NCBI GenBank assembly: GCA_032718475.1
Contig: JAUCBJ010007886.1
Span: 9,757 to 73,756 of the forward strand
Length of the DNA: 64,000 nt
Direction: 5' to 3'
From: Nemertoderma westbladi
Lineage: Eukaryota > Animalia > Xenacoelomorpha
Below, piece by piece: positions 1 to 12,462 of the stretch; within the stretch, counting starts at the first letter, position 1; each line of letters opens with the position of its first letter. The position numbers were made by a program, and so were the translations under genes. The notes beneath the pieces are model-generated. The model had not been told where the DNA came from. It did not search any database and saw only the letters and a list, made by a program, of their open reading frames with translations.

Positions 1-92
1 TTAATTATGAATAAGAATGGTGCAATGTCACCCTGGAGTACTCCCCATAAAACTTCGAATGGTTCTGTGTCACCATCAACAGTAGAGACACG
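1..92 (-). mobile_element. Fragment of non-LTR retrotransposon (RTE-like) reverse transcriptase, running off the window start
   Basis: Minus strand translates RVSTVDGDTEPFEVLWGVLQGDIAPFLFII, the RT 'GVxQGD..PxLF' motif; not in the ORF track. Confidence 0.75.
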
Positions 93-770
93 TTCGTGGG
101 GTCTTTGCGCAGCACGAAGTGAGCAAAGCCTTTCGCATATGGGCACCATTAACCAGTTGTCTGCCGTTAGTCAGAAGTCTTCAACAAAATATTCGTCCTC
201 CTCTTGTGCCTCGTTGCATTCGTTCGTTTTTTGACGAAACTTCAGATTCCTTCTAAACTTTTGACGGACTACATACATACCAAGTTTCGTTAAATTTCAT
301 CAAGGAATAACCGAGTTATTAGCGATCAAAAATTTACGACAGACGACGACGACGAGAGACAACTCGCCAATGGCACCCATATGCTAAGGCTTCGCTCACT
401 TCGTGGCTCGCCCCACAAATGTCGTCGAACGATCGTATACTGATCTGATTGCTGCCATAATTTCCTCCGGAATCCCATTAAATGCAACTATGCTGAACGA
501 ACATACATACAGTACGTGATTGACACTGAATCGAAGGCCTTAACGAAGTCAACAAAGATAACAGCCAGATGTCTGTCTTACTTTTTTTAATTTAACTTAT
601 CCGTCTAAACGCCAGAATAGTGGGCTCCATGGTCCCACGACCTTTACGGAACCCATTCCGAATTTTGAATGTAGGGCCTAATTATTTTTCGATCTCTACC
701 AGGTGTACCTGTAACAGGACGTATGAATATGATATGTGTCTAACGGCCGACATGGATTGTCGCAGGCCCT

Positions 771-1741
771 TGTTCTTGTTCATTATTGTTCATTATTGTG
801 GTTGACTATGTTCTACGCATGTCCTTAGATCATCATAATGATGATGGGGTGATGATAACTCCACCTACTGGCTCCAGAAGTCGAGGAAATCCTGCCAAGT
901 ACCTAACTGATCTAGACTTTGCTGATGACTTAGGAGTACTCTCAGAATCACTAGAGGGAGCCCAACGGCTCCTCAGCTCATTAGAACATGCTGCTTCTAG
1001 TGTTGGTCTTTTTATTAACTCCAGAAAGACCAAAATTTTGACAGTTAACTATGAAAGTCATCAGCAAGTCTCTGATCGGATGAGCATAATCTCAAAGGAT
1101 GGTATGCTTGAGCATGTGGACGACTTCTGTTACCTGGGATCATGGATCCGGAAGTCAGGTGAGGACCTTCGAATACGTAAGGGAAAGGCATGGGCAGCCT
1201 TGAATAGGCTTTCTAGGATTTGGAAGTCACCGAGAATTAATCGGAAACTTAAGGTCCGATTATTTAGAGCAGCAGTAGTTCCAGTACTCCTCTACGGGAG
1301 TCCATGCTGGGCTCTAACTGCTGAGGACACCAAATCTCTGGATGGCACATTCACAAGAATGCTACGCCGGGTTCATTGTGTCAAGTACAATGCACACATC
1401 TCCAACCAGACACTATATAACATTGGAGGTGTCTCATTGGTTCCCCCAAGCTTGACACTAGAACAAAATCGCCTCCGCTTTGCAGGACATTGCTTTCGCA
1501 GTGAGGACCAGCCAGTGCATAATCTTGTACTTTGGCAGCCTCATGGAGTGAATAAGCATGGTGGACAGCCCATGACTTTCTTGAGACGCATCTTAAAGGA
1601 CACTGGCCTTGAAGATGCGGATGATCTAGCAAATGTCATGGGTGATAGGGAGTTGTGGCGGTGTAATTTTGTTGACAAGCCGGCACAGCATTCTTAAAAA
1701 TGCAGCTGCAATGCAGCATGCCGATCCTAGTAGTAGTAGTA
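771..1741 (+). mobile_element. 5'-truncated RTE-clade LINE with (TAG)n tail and 12-bp TSD
   Basis: GTCGCAGGCCCT at 759-770 and 1742-1753 flanks an RT C-terminal ORF, a short 3' UTR and a (TAG)5 tail at 1728-1742. Confidence 0.85.
786..1697 (+). pseudogene. C-terminal half of LINE reverse transcriptase (5' truncated)
   Basis: LFIIVVDY, DLDFADDL (catalytic), GLFINSRKTK, FCYLGS, LLYGS..W, RLRFAGH, DRELW motifs typical of RTE ORF2. Confidence 0.9.
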
Positions 1742-2399
1742 GTCGCAGGCCCTATAGCATTCTAAAAAGTAAAGTAACCCGTCATATAAAGTTATAGGTT
1801 ACATGCATCCTGTTCTATGTACGGGGTTACATAGGCCCTAATAGTTCTAATAAAATGATAATAATTTATCATAGTATAGTGAAAAAAAACTAGGCCCCAT
1901 TTATTTAAATGTAGGTGGGTACAACGTGTAATGTACAGTACGAATCGTTAATGACTGGACTGGACACATTCAATGCTTCAAAGCTGACTGTAACTGTATT
2001 TTACTTTCGGCAGTGATTTTTTATGTCCTTTTATTTGACTTTTTCTGTCCTCCTTTTTTACGAATTGTGCATAATGACTTTTGTTGTCCTTTTAATGACT
2101 TTTGTTGTCCTTTTAATGACTTTTTATGTATGTATTTCTTCAAACTGTCAGACTGCTGATTTCTGGACTGTCAGACAGTTGATTTCAACATGCCTATGCC
2201 AAAACATTCAAAATTTGTTTATTTCTGGTCTGTCGGACAGTTGGTTTCACTACTGTATGCCTGTGCCAAAACATTCCATGATTCCATGATTTATAGACTA
2301 TGAGATAGAATTCCATATGCGCCTGTTGTAAAAGACTCTAAATTTAATAGTTTGTGGTTGTTGTCGATAATCGATTACCACATGACGTAGCAAAACACT

Positions 2400-3111
2400 C
2401 ATTTTATAGCCAAAAACAATTACCAATTGATGGAAAGGAGCAGGTTAAGGCCGGATTTTCTAACCAAAACAATAAACAGTCACTTTACCAAATCAGGGAA
2501 AGGAGCAGGTTACAGAGGCGGGATTTACTAACCAAAACAATAAACGATCATTTAACTAATTGAGGGAAAGGAGCAGGTTACAGAGACGGGATTTTCTAAC
2601 CAAAACAATAAACGATAACATTACCAATTGAGAGAAAGGAGCAGGTTACAGAGGCAGGATTTTCTAACCAAAACAATAAACAGTCACTTTACCAAATCAG
2701 GGAAAGGAGCAGCTTACAGAGACGGGATTTTCTAACCAAAACAATACACGATAACATTACCAATTGAGAGAAAGGAGCAGGTTACAGAGGCGGGATTTCC
2801 TAACCAAAACAATAAACGATCACTTAACTAATTGAGGGAAAGGAGCAGGTTACAGAGGCGGGATTTTCTAACCAAAACAATAAACAGTCACTTTACCAAA
2901 TCAGGGAAAGGAGCAGGTTACAGAGACGGGATTTTCAAACCAAAACAATAAACGATAACATTACCAATTGAGATAAAGGAGCAGGTTACAGAGGCGTTGA
3001 TTTCCTAACCAAAACAATAAACGATCACTTAACTAATTGAAGGAAAGGAGCAGGTTACAGAGGCGGGGGAAAGGAGCAGGTTACAGAGGCGGGATTTTCT
3101 AACCAAAACAA
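2400..3111 (+). repeat. 68-bp tandem satellite, about 10 units, three monomer variants
   Basis: Unit TAACCAAAACAATAAAC-(variable)-GAAAGGAGCAGGTTACAGAGGCGGGATTTTC recurs every 68 bp (2461, 2529, ...). Confidence 0.95.
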
Positions 3112-4192
3112 CCGGTCGGCCGTTAGGCCTACCAGTACCGTATTTAAATGGTAGGCTACACAGTAGGCCTACAGCAGTACCGGTACTAAAATACAGAAAT
3201 ACCTGCTTTATACCTACATCTGTACATACAATACAGCAAAATAGTGCTATGTATACTAATACCGGTACTGATAGCCTGAGAGAACAGCAGTAGAGAAAAC
3301 GGTAGCATGGAACCTAACATTAGATTTTTGGAGGACATAAAAAATAAAAAAAGGACAAAAAAAGGATTTAAACGGATAATAAAAATTATTGCGTTTACTT
3401 TCTAACTATTTTTGTCATCCTACTGTATATTAGGCCATAACTGTACATATGCATACGGAACTGTTTCTGCAAGGGACGCTTTAACTAACTTATTCATAAA
3501 CGGGGGCCTCTTTAAACGGGATCATGGTTATACATATTAATGGAACACGTACAGCACCGGTAAGAACGATTTCATTGTTAATTAAAGGTTAACTTTAGGC
3601 CAAACCGGTAGTTTGGTGAGAGACAAGCGGTGACGGATGAATGTCTTCCGCCTACCCTGTGTGTAATTATTGGAAATCAAAGAAATGCTTACATCATCTG
3701 CATCAAAGTTGTCAATTCGTTACGTGAAAGGGAAATAAACGTTCCTTAGAAAATAATGGATCATGATGAATGATGATCAATTTATGCAAACAGCAATCTG
3801 ATAAAATGTTCAGTAAAACAGAATTGATAAAAGCAACAATAATGGTTAACAATTAGTCTCAACACACCACTTGCCAAAGCGTCAGACGTCAGAGTCTCTG
3901 TCTTAAAAGTACACTGAACAGTCCTAAAATGAAATACTAATTATATAATATATCATAATTATTTTATTTTGTAACCAAAACAATAAACGATTTTGTTACA
4001 AATTGACGGGAAGAGATAATAATAAAATGATATACATTTGGGGGGGGGGGGGGGGGGTGGATCTATCTAAAGATGACCTTTCGGGTGGCCTCTGGCTTCG
4101 GACCAGCCGACTGTTTGTTTGCATGATATGCAACATCAAAAGGGCCCTGTATTCGCAAAATCTATATCTATCTATATCTAAAATCTCAAGAA

Positions 4193-4295
4193 CCTGTGAC
4201 CTAGTGGTTGTAGTCTCGGCTTCCACCTCGCCGTCCCAGGTTCGAATCCGACACCACGCTGATAAGACCCAGTAAGGTCGAAACGCGTACGTGGT
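4193..4295 (+). ncRNA. tRNA-derived (Pol III) head fused to a type I hammerhead ribozyme motif (retrozyme/SINE-like)
   Basis: A-box-like TGACCTAGTGG (4197-4207), B-box GGTTCGAATCC (4239-4249); then helix I ACCACG/CGTGGT, core CTGATAA, helix II GACC-CAGTAA-GGTC, GAAA, palindromic helix III, GTA triplet. Confidence 0.7.
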
Positions 4296-6641
4296 TTGGA
4301 GAAAAATTAAGAAAAAAATTAAAAAATTAAATTAAATTAAAATTACGCGATTCCTAAATTTGTACACTACCCAAGTACGCATGTGATGGGATTAGTCCTA
4401 CAATTGCGCCAATAAAATATAAGTTATTTTCGTTAAAATAAACTTATCATTCGAGGTTAAGACCCCTAGATCCCTTCCTATAATAAATGTATAATAACAA
4501 ACACCTTGATAAATACAGCTTGCCAACACATTGTTACTATCAATAACAAAATCTATAGGCCTATCGATGCGCATTCACATAGCTAAAAGCGATTCGATCA
4601 ATACCGACATGTTGTCGTTAGAGTATTGTGTATATCTTGTTTAGATCAATACCTTTGCTCATTAATAGTAACCAATCTACGAGTTTGTATTCACTACGGC
4701 TCACACACGCATCTTGTCCACTGAATCCCAATTGCGTCTGGGTTCAATACGTACATGAAGAGCAAGTGAAACAACGGGCGCATCATGTAATTAACAACAT
4801 AGAATATTTACTTACACGCTGCTCTACTACGGTACAATTAGGAATTTTTAAAGACAATTCACCAAAAAATATTAATAATATTATAAATAGCTGCTACCCG
4901 CAACCTCTGGGCTATTAAGGGATGAAGTTCAACCGCATTAATCTTAATTTGCACCGTAGGTAGAGAAGATGGAGAATCGCTACTACTACTGTAGTACTAC
5001 TGTTTATATATTAGGCATATGATGTTTAAAATCGGAGAGCCCACAACAACAACAAACGAAATGAGCTTTAGAAACTGCTTTCTGTTCTTTACAAAACGAA
5101 TGGTTGGTAAGCATTTTCACATAATTACACTGTTTATCAAAGGGATAAAAATTCATTGAGAATACGTTAGTATTTTTTAACATTTCCACATTAAATCTCT
5201 GACCAAAATACTTTATATAGGATTACAGTATATCCTAGAGAAAATACAAATATTATAGAAATCAATAATTCTCATTATGATTAGTTTTGTTATTGTTGTT
5301 AGATAGAAATTCCCTACAAGCAAGTACCTGGTAATTATTATAGTGAATAATTTTCGTGATTTCAAACAATGCACGGCGGTGGGAGATATATCAGTTAGAG
5401 AAATAAATACTGCACCCTGAGGATAAAATAATCTCCTAAAGCTATGGTAACTCTCCCTATTGGTAAACAACACGAAGTAATTTTTGTGCCTAATGATTAG
5501 TGATGGCATTTCCGTAAGGCTTTGACACTCACTAAGTGACTAGCGGAACACTTGCGGTTTCTTTAAAAGGCAATACTTATTAACATTGTTTCAATGGCCA
5601 GCGGCAAACAGTGCTGCTTGCGCTTGGGGTGTTCGCGGTTAAACGAATTGACCACTGGACCTGGAGTTCCGGGAATTATATAGCTTACAGTCGTGGGTCG
5701 TTCACACTCAATAGTGCTCCCCTGCTGGCCGGGTGGTCTCACTATGCCGAGGCTGTAGTTAAAACATACTTAATAGGGTTGGTGAAATATACATTGTGAT
5801 GTGCTAGTGTTTAAACTAGCTAGAAACAATTGGACAAGGGGTAACAAGGTGCCCTGAATCGAGTGGCGGGGTTTTCTTTTTGTAAAAACACGAGGAAACG
5901 GTCGAAATGGCGGGTTTGAGTAAGCACGGGAAGCCCATTTTGAAAATCGGCTGGATTGGCTGCTACATAGTTGACGTCACTACGCAGTGCTCAGATAATT
6001 TCTTATATTGGTTTCTAAGGAGGGTGATTTTAGATCCAATCAAATACATATTTAATCTGAATCATTTCACACGTGGCTTATATCAATTGAAAGCGGAGAG
6101 TCTTGCGCGTCTTTTAACACTACAATTAATTAAATTCATGGTGATAAACATACAACAAAGCTACAACAAAGCAACTAACTTTCTGCTTGCATAACATATT
6201 AAACACACATTTATTCACGTGCTTCCCATAACAAACAAGATGTGATTTAGAAACGCCTCCCCTTAGAACTGTTGTTTATGTAAGGCGCTATGCTGAGTTC
6301 ATTCATGACCTACTGTAGATATCGTTCAAAAATAAATAAATAATCTTAATAAAACTTTAAAAAGTTTGACTGCTAAATTTAGTGGGTAGTTATAGTGCAT
6401 TTATTATTCTTATAGAAAATTGACCAAAAATGATGTTATAAATATAAATAATTTATAATAAGTTATATTATTATAGTAAAATACAATTAATATCAGTAAA
6501 TTATAATGTTACGTAATAAAATAGAGCAATTATTGTAATCTTTAACGTTGTAACCAATAACGATTTTTAATACTGCCTTTCTTTATTAATTATAGGAGGT
6601 AGTGTACGTACATAGTTACTTAATTTCTACGATTTACATGT

Positions 6642-7715
6642 TTATTGTTTGTGCGCTGTAAAAGGAGTCAAACCAAGTAGTGATATCGAAGGTACTATTA
6701 CGCACAGGGGTAACCTCACCCATCTGGGCACCAACCACGCACCAGGCATACCCACCCTCTCTAACACCCCGCGGACACTCTGTATGTCCCATGGGACCCG
6801 GCCATTAACGTCAGTAAACCCATACTCCCTGGCCAACTCGCACGTCATATAATGGCGCCCCGTCTTACTCATGATACATGGATCGTCTGCCAAGTAAACC
6901 ACGCATCTGCCAGCTAACTCGGGGGTTTCCATCATAAAATCAAAATCAAAAGTCTCCATATTAATCACTTTATTTCGAGAATTTTTAGGCACATCTTTAC
7001 CGATACCGCAAACTTTAGCTAAAATTTTGAAGAAATTTGGGTTACTTTTACCTTCATTATCGCCTTTTACGTCTTTCAATGTATCATAAACTATTTCAGT
7101 TTCTACAGGGGAAGGCCATAGAGACACAACGGATACGCCTTTGGAACGCAATTCGAGAGCGGTGTCTACTGTGAGTCGTTCAACCCCGGCCTTACCAATA
7201 CCGTAAGCAGGGGTAAAGAAATATGTATAGGACCCAATGGAGCAAACGTTGACAATGAGACCGTGGCCTTGGGCCACCATCAGACGGGATGCGTGGACGC
7301 TGGATACGTATTGGGCTGTTAATCCCACGTCGTTTATGTCGGCGAATAAGGAAGCGGGGAGTTCCCAAAACGGCGTTCCCGTATTCGCGAATACGTATCG
7401 AATCGCCGAGTAGCAGTTGTTAACAACTACGTCGAGTTTACCTCTGGATTCATCGCCGATTCTGCCGTATAAATCTTCTATCTGCGATGGGTCGCTGTGG
7501 TCGCATTGCACTGGTACCACCCGGCCCCCGCCCCCGCGTTGTCTCATCTCCATAGCAACCTCTTCCAGTGACTGACCCGGTTTATCCTCGCGAGGCGTCA
7601 AAGTCCTCGCCGTTATATAAACATCGGCGCCAGCTTCAGCTAATTGCAAGGCGATTCCCCTACCAATACCACGGGATGCACCAGTTACTAAAGCAATCTC
7701 GCCTCGTAATGCCAT
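6642..7715 (-). CDS. DHRS1: Short-chain dehydrogenase/reductase, DHRS1-like, intronless
   Basis: TGASRGIGRGIA cofactor motif, VQCDHS, LDVVVNN, YGIGK (YxxxK), ETPELAGRCVVYLA, LAREYGFTDVNG; resembles animal DHRS1. Confidence 0.85.
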   Translation of the reverse strand: MALRGEIALVTGASRGIGRGIALQLAEAGADVYITARTLTPREDKPGQSLEEVAMEMRQRGGGGRVVPVQCDHSDPSQIEDLYGRIGDESRGKLDVVVNNCYSAIRYVFANTGTPFWELPASLFADINDVGLTAQYVSSVHASRLMVAQGHGLIVNVCSIGSYTYFFTPAYGIGKAGVERLTVDTALELRSKGVSVVSLWPSPVETEIVYDTLKDVKGDNEGKSNPNFFKILAKVCGIGKDVPKNSRNKVINMETFDFDFMMETPELAGRCVVYLADDPCIMSKTGRHYMTCELAREYGFTDVNGRVPWDIQSVRGVLERVGMPGAWLVPRWVRLPLCVIVPSISLLGLTPFTAHKQ

Positions 7716-7840
7716 TGACAGATTGATGCAGATATTTCAAGACTGTTACCAGTATGTATGTCTGTATGTCTATGTGCGTTACAGGCAGCTTACACAAACG
7801 ATGCATGTACAGATGTACTGATGTACCTTACGGCTGTACG

Positions 7841-8488
7841 GCCTGTATGGAATCCATCCAAAAAGTGCGCCGGATGGCGCGCCGACCAATTTTATGCGCG
7901 CCGCGCGCCGATGCCATTTCGAAGAAAAACCCTGCGCCAACTAAATTTTTAAGCGCGCCACACATTGAAACAATTTTGAAGAGCGCCATGCCAATGCAAA
8001 TTCAATTTTGAGGGAGTGTAACCAATCTGTCAATGTCAGTCAGTCAGTACTGCTGTACCAGTCCCTGCTGCCCTATACAACAGTTGCCTAACCAGTGGTT
8101 AGGCAACTGTTGTATACCGGTACTTTATTTTTCTGTTGTATGGTTCAGTGGTTAGTAACCACTGAACCATACAACAGAAAAAGAAAGGCGAGCGAAGCGA
8201 GCCGAAATTTTTAAACAGCTAATGCAATTTTTAAGGCACTTCCATATCCGAACTGCCTAATTGTTAAACCTGTACTGCTGTAAACTAACAAATCGGCGCC
8301 GGTTTTTATTTTTGGGAGCGCCACGGGCCAAAGCCGGTGCGCTTTACGATTTTCGAGCGCGCCACGCGCCAAAGTCGGCGCGCTTTACGATTTTCGAGCG
8401 CGCCACGCGCCACATTCTGACATTGGCGCGCTTTTATTGCAAAGTGCGCCGGATTAATCCGGCGCAAAGTGTATGGATTCCAGTCTGG
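7841..8488. mobile_element. Degenerate non-autonomous DNA transposon (hAT-like MITE)
   Basis: Imperfect inverted ends TGGAATCCAT..TGCGCCGGAT / ATCCGGCGCA..ATGGATTCCA, many subterminal GCGCC motifs, candidate 8-bp TSD GCTGTACG at 7833-7840 and 8489-8496. Confidence 0.55.
8074..8182. repeat. Two adjacent perfect palindromes (21-bp and 27-bp arms, 1-nt spacers)
   Basis: 8074-8094 is the reverse complement of 8096-8116; 8128-8154 is the reverse complement of 8156-8182. Confidence 0.95.
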
Positions 8489-9831
8489 CTGTACGGTATT
8501 TCCTGTAAAGAGTACAGTCAGACAGTAGGCCTACTGCTGTATTAGCTGACACGTCCATCGTGTTAGCAAACGCGGACACAGAGCCAGGAATAATCATATA
8601 GGTGGCAGACTGCTAGCAGGCTGGCAGGACTGGTTGGTGCTGGTGGTGGTGCAATCAGCAATACTAAACTGCAGAACTGTGTTTGTCTGTTTGTTGTTGT
8701 TCTACTTTTTAAAATTCCCGCGTTTCTTTAATTGTTTGTTCAATGTCTGTAATGTACTGTTTGAATTTCTGAAAGTTTTTTTGCTTGTTAAAGTTAAAAA
8801 AAAAAGCTAGGAGAGTATTTTCTGTAAAGAGTACTGAGTAGGCCTATACCGGTACCAGTATACAGTAGGATAGTACCATGATAGTACTGTATTACAGTCT
8901 GACCTACCTGACCTTTCCTATCTAATCCATAATCATTCCCATCAAATCTGAGTTGTAGGTCTGCTACCAAACTACCGGTAGTATAAAATAGCCTACTCAT
9001 TCATTAGCCCATTGGCAGATTAGGTTAATATAACTAAAAGGCTGAAAGTTAGTTTATAGTAGTATATAGTATATACTGTAGTATAGGTAGTGTATAGTTT
9101 ATTTCATTTTGGGTAAGAAAAAATATTACATACCGGTAAATCACAACAACCAGATCATGGACATGGCTGCGTATGGTAGCATATGATAACCATTTATATG
9201 AAACAGCTGGGTGACCATGACCATAAAAACAAGGCCATGCAACAAGACCATGAAATACGTCAAGAATTTCCATTTTCACGCATCGACTGTATAAACGGAA
9301 AGTATGGCCTTCGCGCAGCACGTGACATACACTTATTTTGAGTGTTAATTCGAAAGAATTCTAATAAAATTTAAGCAGATTTCACATAAACACTTTATAA
9401 CCTAGAGGACGAATGGGTAACTGCAGACGATTTAAGACCTCACAAAATCTCAGTCTGATGTCTTGAAAATATATGCCAGTATCAATCAGGAAGAAAGGAT
9501 TATAAACAATAATACGAAGTGGCTGAAGGTTTTTATTTCAGACATTTCTAAAATGTTTTCACTTCAGCCCAAGCGGTAGACTGCAGAACTGCCGAGGGAT
9601 TACCACCCCAACAAAGACGAAGCCTATGCGTGGCTCTATAAGGTCTTGCATGTTTCATGTAGGGTATATCTGCCAAGTTTATGCTTGAACTAATCACATA
9701 CAGCTTGAACAAATAAATCACATTCATGCATTTCGCCCTGTAGAGGCAGATTGGAGAACTGCAGATCGATTGCCAACCCCACCAAGGCAAATATGTGTTT
9801 TAGCACATAACTGACAAGTTTACGCTTGAAC

Positions 9832-10908
9832 CAATGTGTACTAAATAAGCGGTCATGCAGTCATGCGGTCATAAGCGGTCATGCAGCGAGCGGACTGCCG
9901 ATCTTTTCCATATTTATGGTACTATTTTCATAATATTTCCTTAGTAACTTCTTTTGTGCTACTTTGGTTAGGTGGATATGATGACTAGGGTTCATAGAAA
10001 TGTAATAAAATGTCTTTCTGGAATTTTTATCTTGTAGTTGCCAAGGTCACCGGGTGCAAACTTCAAACTTTGCGCGGCTGTAATTATTCAAGACGACGAG
10101 GGATTCTGTTCTTGAGATTTGGTAGGTGATTAAAGGAAATAAAAGTCTATCAAAATATTTTACATTTGAATTTGTTTACATTCCCGTTGCTATGGAAATA
10201 CGTATAATGAAAAATTTGAAAAATTGTCTACCAATTCTATAAAACACCATTTTTATTCGGTTTGTCAGTCTAAATAATAAGTTAAAATTTCCAACATTTT
10301 ATTTTATATTTCGTCAATTGTGAATCATATTTCTAAAAGTCAATATTTGCCAATAAACTAAACTGTCCAATCAGAGAGCAAGACCTGTTATAGCATGATT
10401 TTGACATTCCAGAATATTAAATTTCGGTTAGCAATTATTAGAAATAAAGGACAGCAGCCACCAGGCATGTTTGTTGAAAATTATATAAGTAGTAAATAGT
10501 AGCCCAATTTCTATCTGGCGGTCAAAATGGGAAATTATCGTAATTCCCGTCACCATGGAAACGTGATTGAAAAATAATTTTAATGTAAAATATTTTGATA
10601 GACTTTTATTCCCTTTACTCATATACCAAATCTCAAGTACAGAATCCCTTGTCGTCTTGAATTACAGGTGCTCGAAATTTGAACTTTGCACCCGGTTACC
10701 TTGGCAACTACAAGATAAAAATTCCAGAAAGACATTTTATTACATTCCTATGAACCCTACAGTAGTCATCTTATCCACCTAACCAAAGTTGCACAAGAGA
10801 GGTTTCTAACAAAATATTATGAAAATAGTGCCATAAATAGGAAAACAATCGGCCCACGCTAATTTCAGGAATCCGCTCGCTGCAAGACCTGTTATTTAGT
10901 ACACCTTG
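9832..10908. mobile_element. Foldback-type non-autonomous DNA transposon with about 370-bp TIRs and 8-bp TSD (P-superfamily-like ends)
   Basis: Ends CAATGTGTACTAAATAA / TTATTTAGTACACCTTG; arms about 9832-10200 and 10545-10908 are inverted copies; TSD GCTTGAAC at 9824-9831 and 10909-10916. Confidence 0.85.
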
Positions 10909-12276
10909 GCTTGAACGCATCATATACAGTAGTACAGTAAATAACGGAATGGGTCAAGGATTTATCTGTCAGACATTTCATCCTTTAACCAACACCTATT
11001 TGCCAAAATTGACACATCCCCTAACAGTGTCAATTCGCTAAGGCTACGCCAATTTCGTGGCTCGATCCACCTGGAGTGTTCTGTGCACTAAATCAGGGTT
11101 TAATACCCCCCTTCTGTAATATTGTACCCGTTTAATTATTTACCCCATGACTAGACTAAACAAAACCGTAAACCATGTTACTGTAGATTAATAATTTTGC
11201 CATTATAATTTATTATTGATTACAATATAGAAACAGAATATTGAAATTGTTACCTCTAAGTGATATTAACTATATATTCGATTTAAATAAAGTACTGTAG
11301 CGCTGTATTTCACGCCGATTCGAATTGTAATATTTCCACGAACGAGAGAAAGCCGCCCCAATATTAGATTATTACAACAACATATCCATTGGGTAAGAAA
11401 GTGGAAGAGAGCCAGCCCGTCTCTTAATTTTTTACTTTATATTACGCGATAAATTTTCACTCATCTCGTCATGAACCCAAAAACATGTATGTAACCTTTT
11501 GTTAAATTTGTTGGCTATGCGTTTGCGGTTGTTTGGGCGGGGTGTGGTAGGCCTACACTTTTCACACTTAAATATTTTGGTTGTGAAATGTTACAGGGCA
11601 TAGCGATCTGAGATATTTCATTTATATTTTATTATGAGAGGAAGAAGAACATACAACGTTATTTACTATATATGTAACAAAATAATTGTTTTCGGGTTTA
11701 ACTTGGAAGCCTCCCCAAATAGTTGATATACAATTATATTTAAAATTATTTCCATGGTCATGGTCATTCACCCGTCTTTAGTTAGAAATTTGTTTGCATG
11801 AAAGACAGATTATTTTAGTTTTTACTGATTTATTATCTCTTATCTGACTGGGGTAATAATAAAGGATAGGATAAATGGAAGCAAACTGTGACAGTAACAA
11901 ATATTTCCCCGTCACCCTAGCATGTCTTAAGTATATGATATATCAAAGGGGGAAGTTTGGATTCACTGCATAAATGCAGTTCACCAAACTTCCCCCGAAT
12001 GCACACTGTAACTTCCCCCTTCCACCAAATATCCACTGTTTAATTAATTTGAAGCGATATAATAAGTACAAAATTGTGCGATTTTTTAATTGTGTGGTCC
12101 AATTGTTATTTGATTTCTATTTATTATTTAAAGTGCATTTAATATCACACTGGTTTTTAGAATATTATACTATACAACCTTATGTTTTATTATTTTACCC
12201 AATCGAAGCCTCATAAGGGCCGGTTATTTGTACGCATATCCCCAAATGCGCTCAGTAAGGTTCAAACAACATATTA

Positions 12277-12462
12277 CAGTCCCAATCCCAATAAACATTA
12301 ACTTGGTCATTTTGGCGGCCAAAACGACCAAAATGGCCAAATATAAATTGCGGCATTCATGAAAGGAACTTCTGAGGCAAGTTGGCTTGTCAATCACAGC
12401 CAGTGGATAGAGGCTGAGTGTAACTAAAGCCCAGGATGTTGGCAGATAGAAAAAGGCTTCGA
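12277..12462 (+). mobile_element. Truncated copy of the Tc1/mariner-type element that interrupts the Polinton penton gene
   Basis: TA|CAGTCCCAATCCCAATAAACATTAACTTGGTC... matches 17662-17890; the other end is absent. Confidence 0.85.

Noticed and set aside
5830-6320. Promoter-like cluster (TGACGTCA, ATTGG, GGCGGG)
   Set aside because: No adjacent gene start; probably the interior of an unclassified repeat
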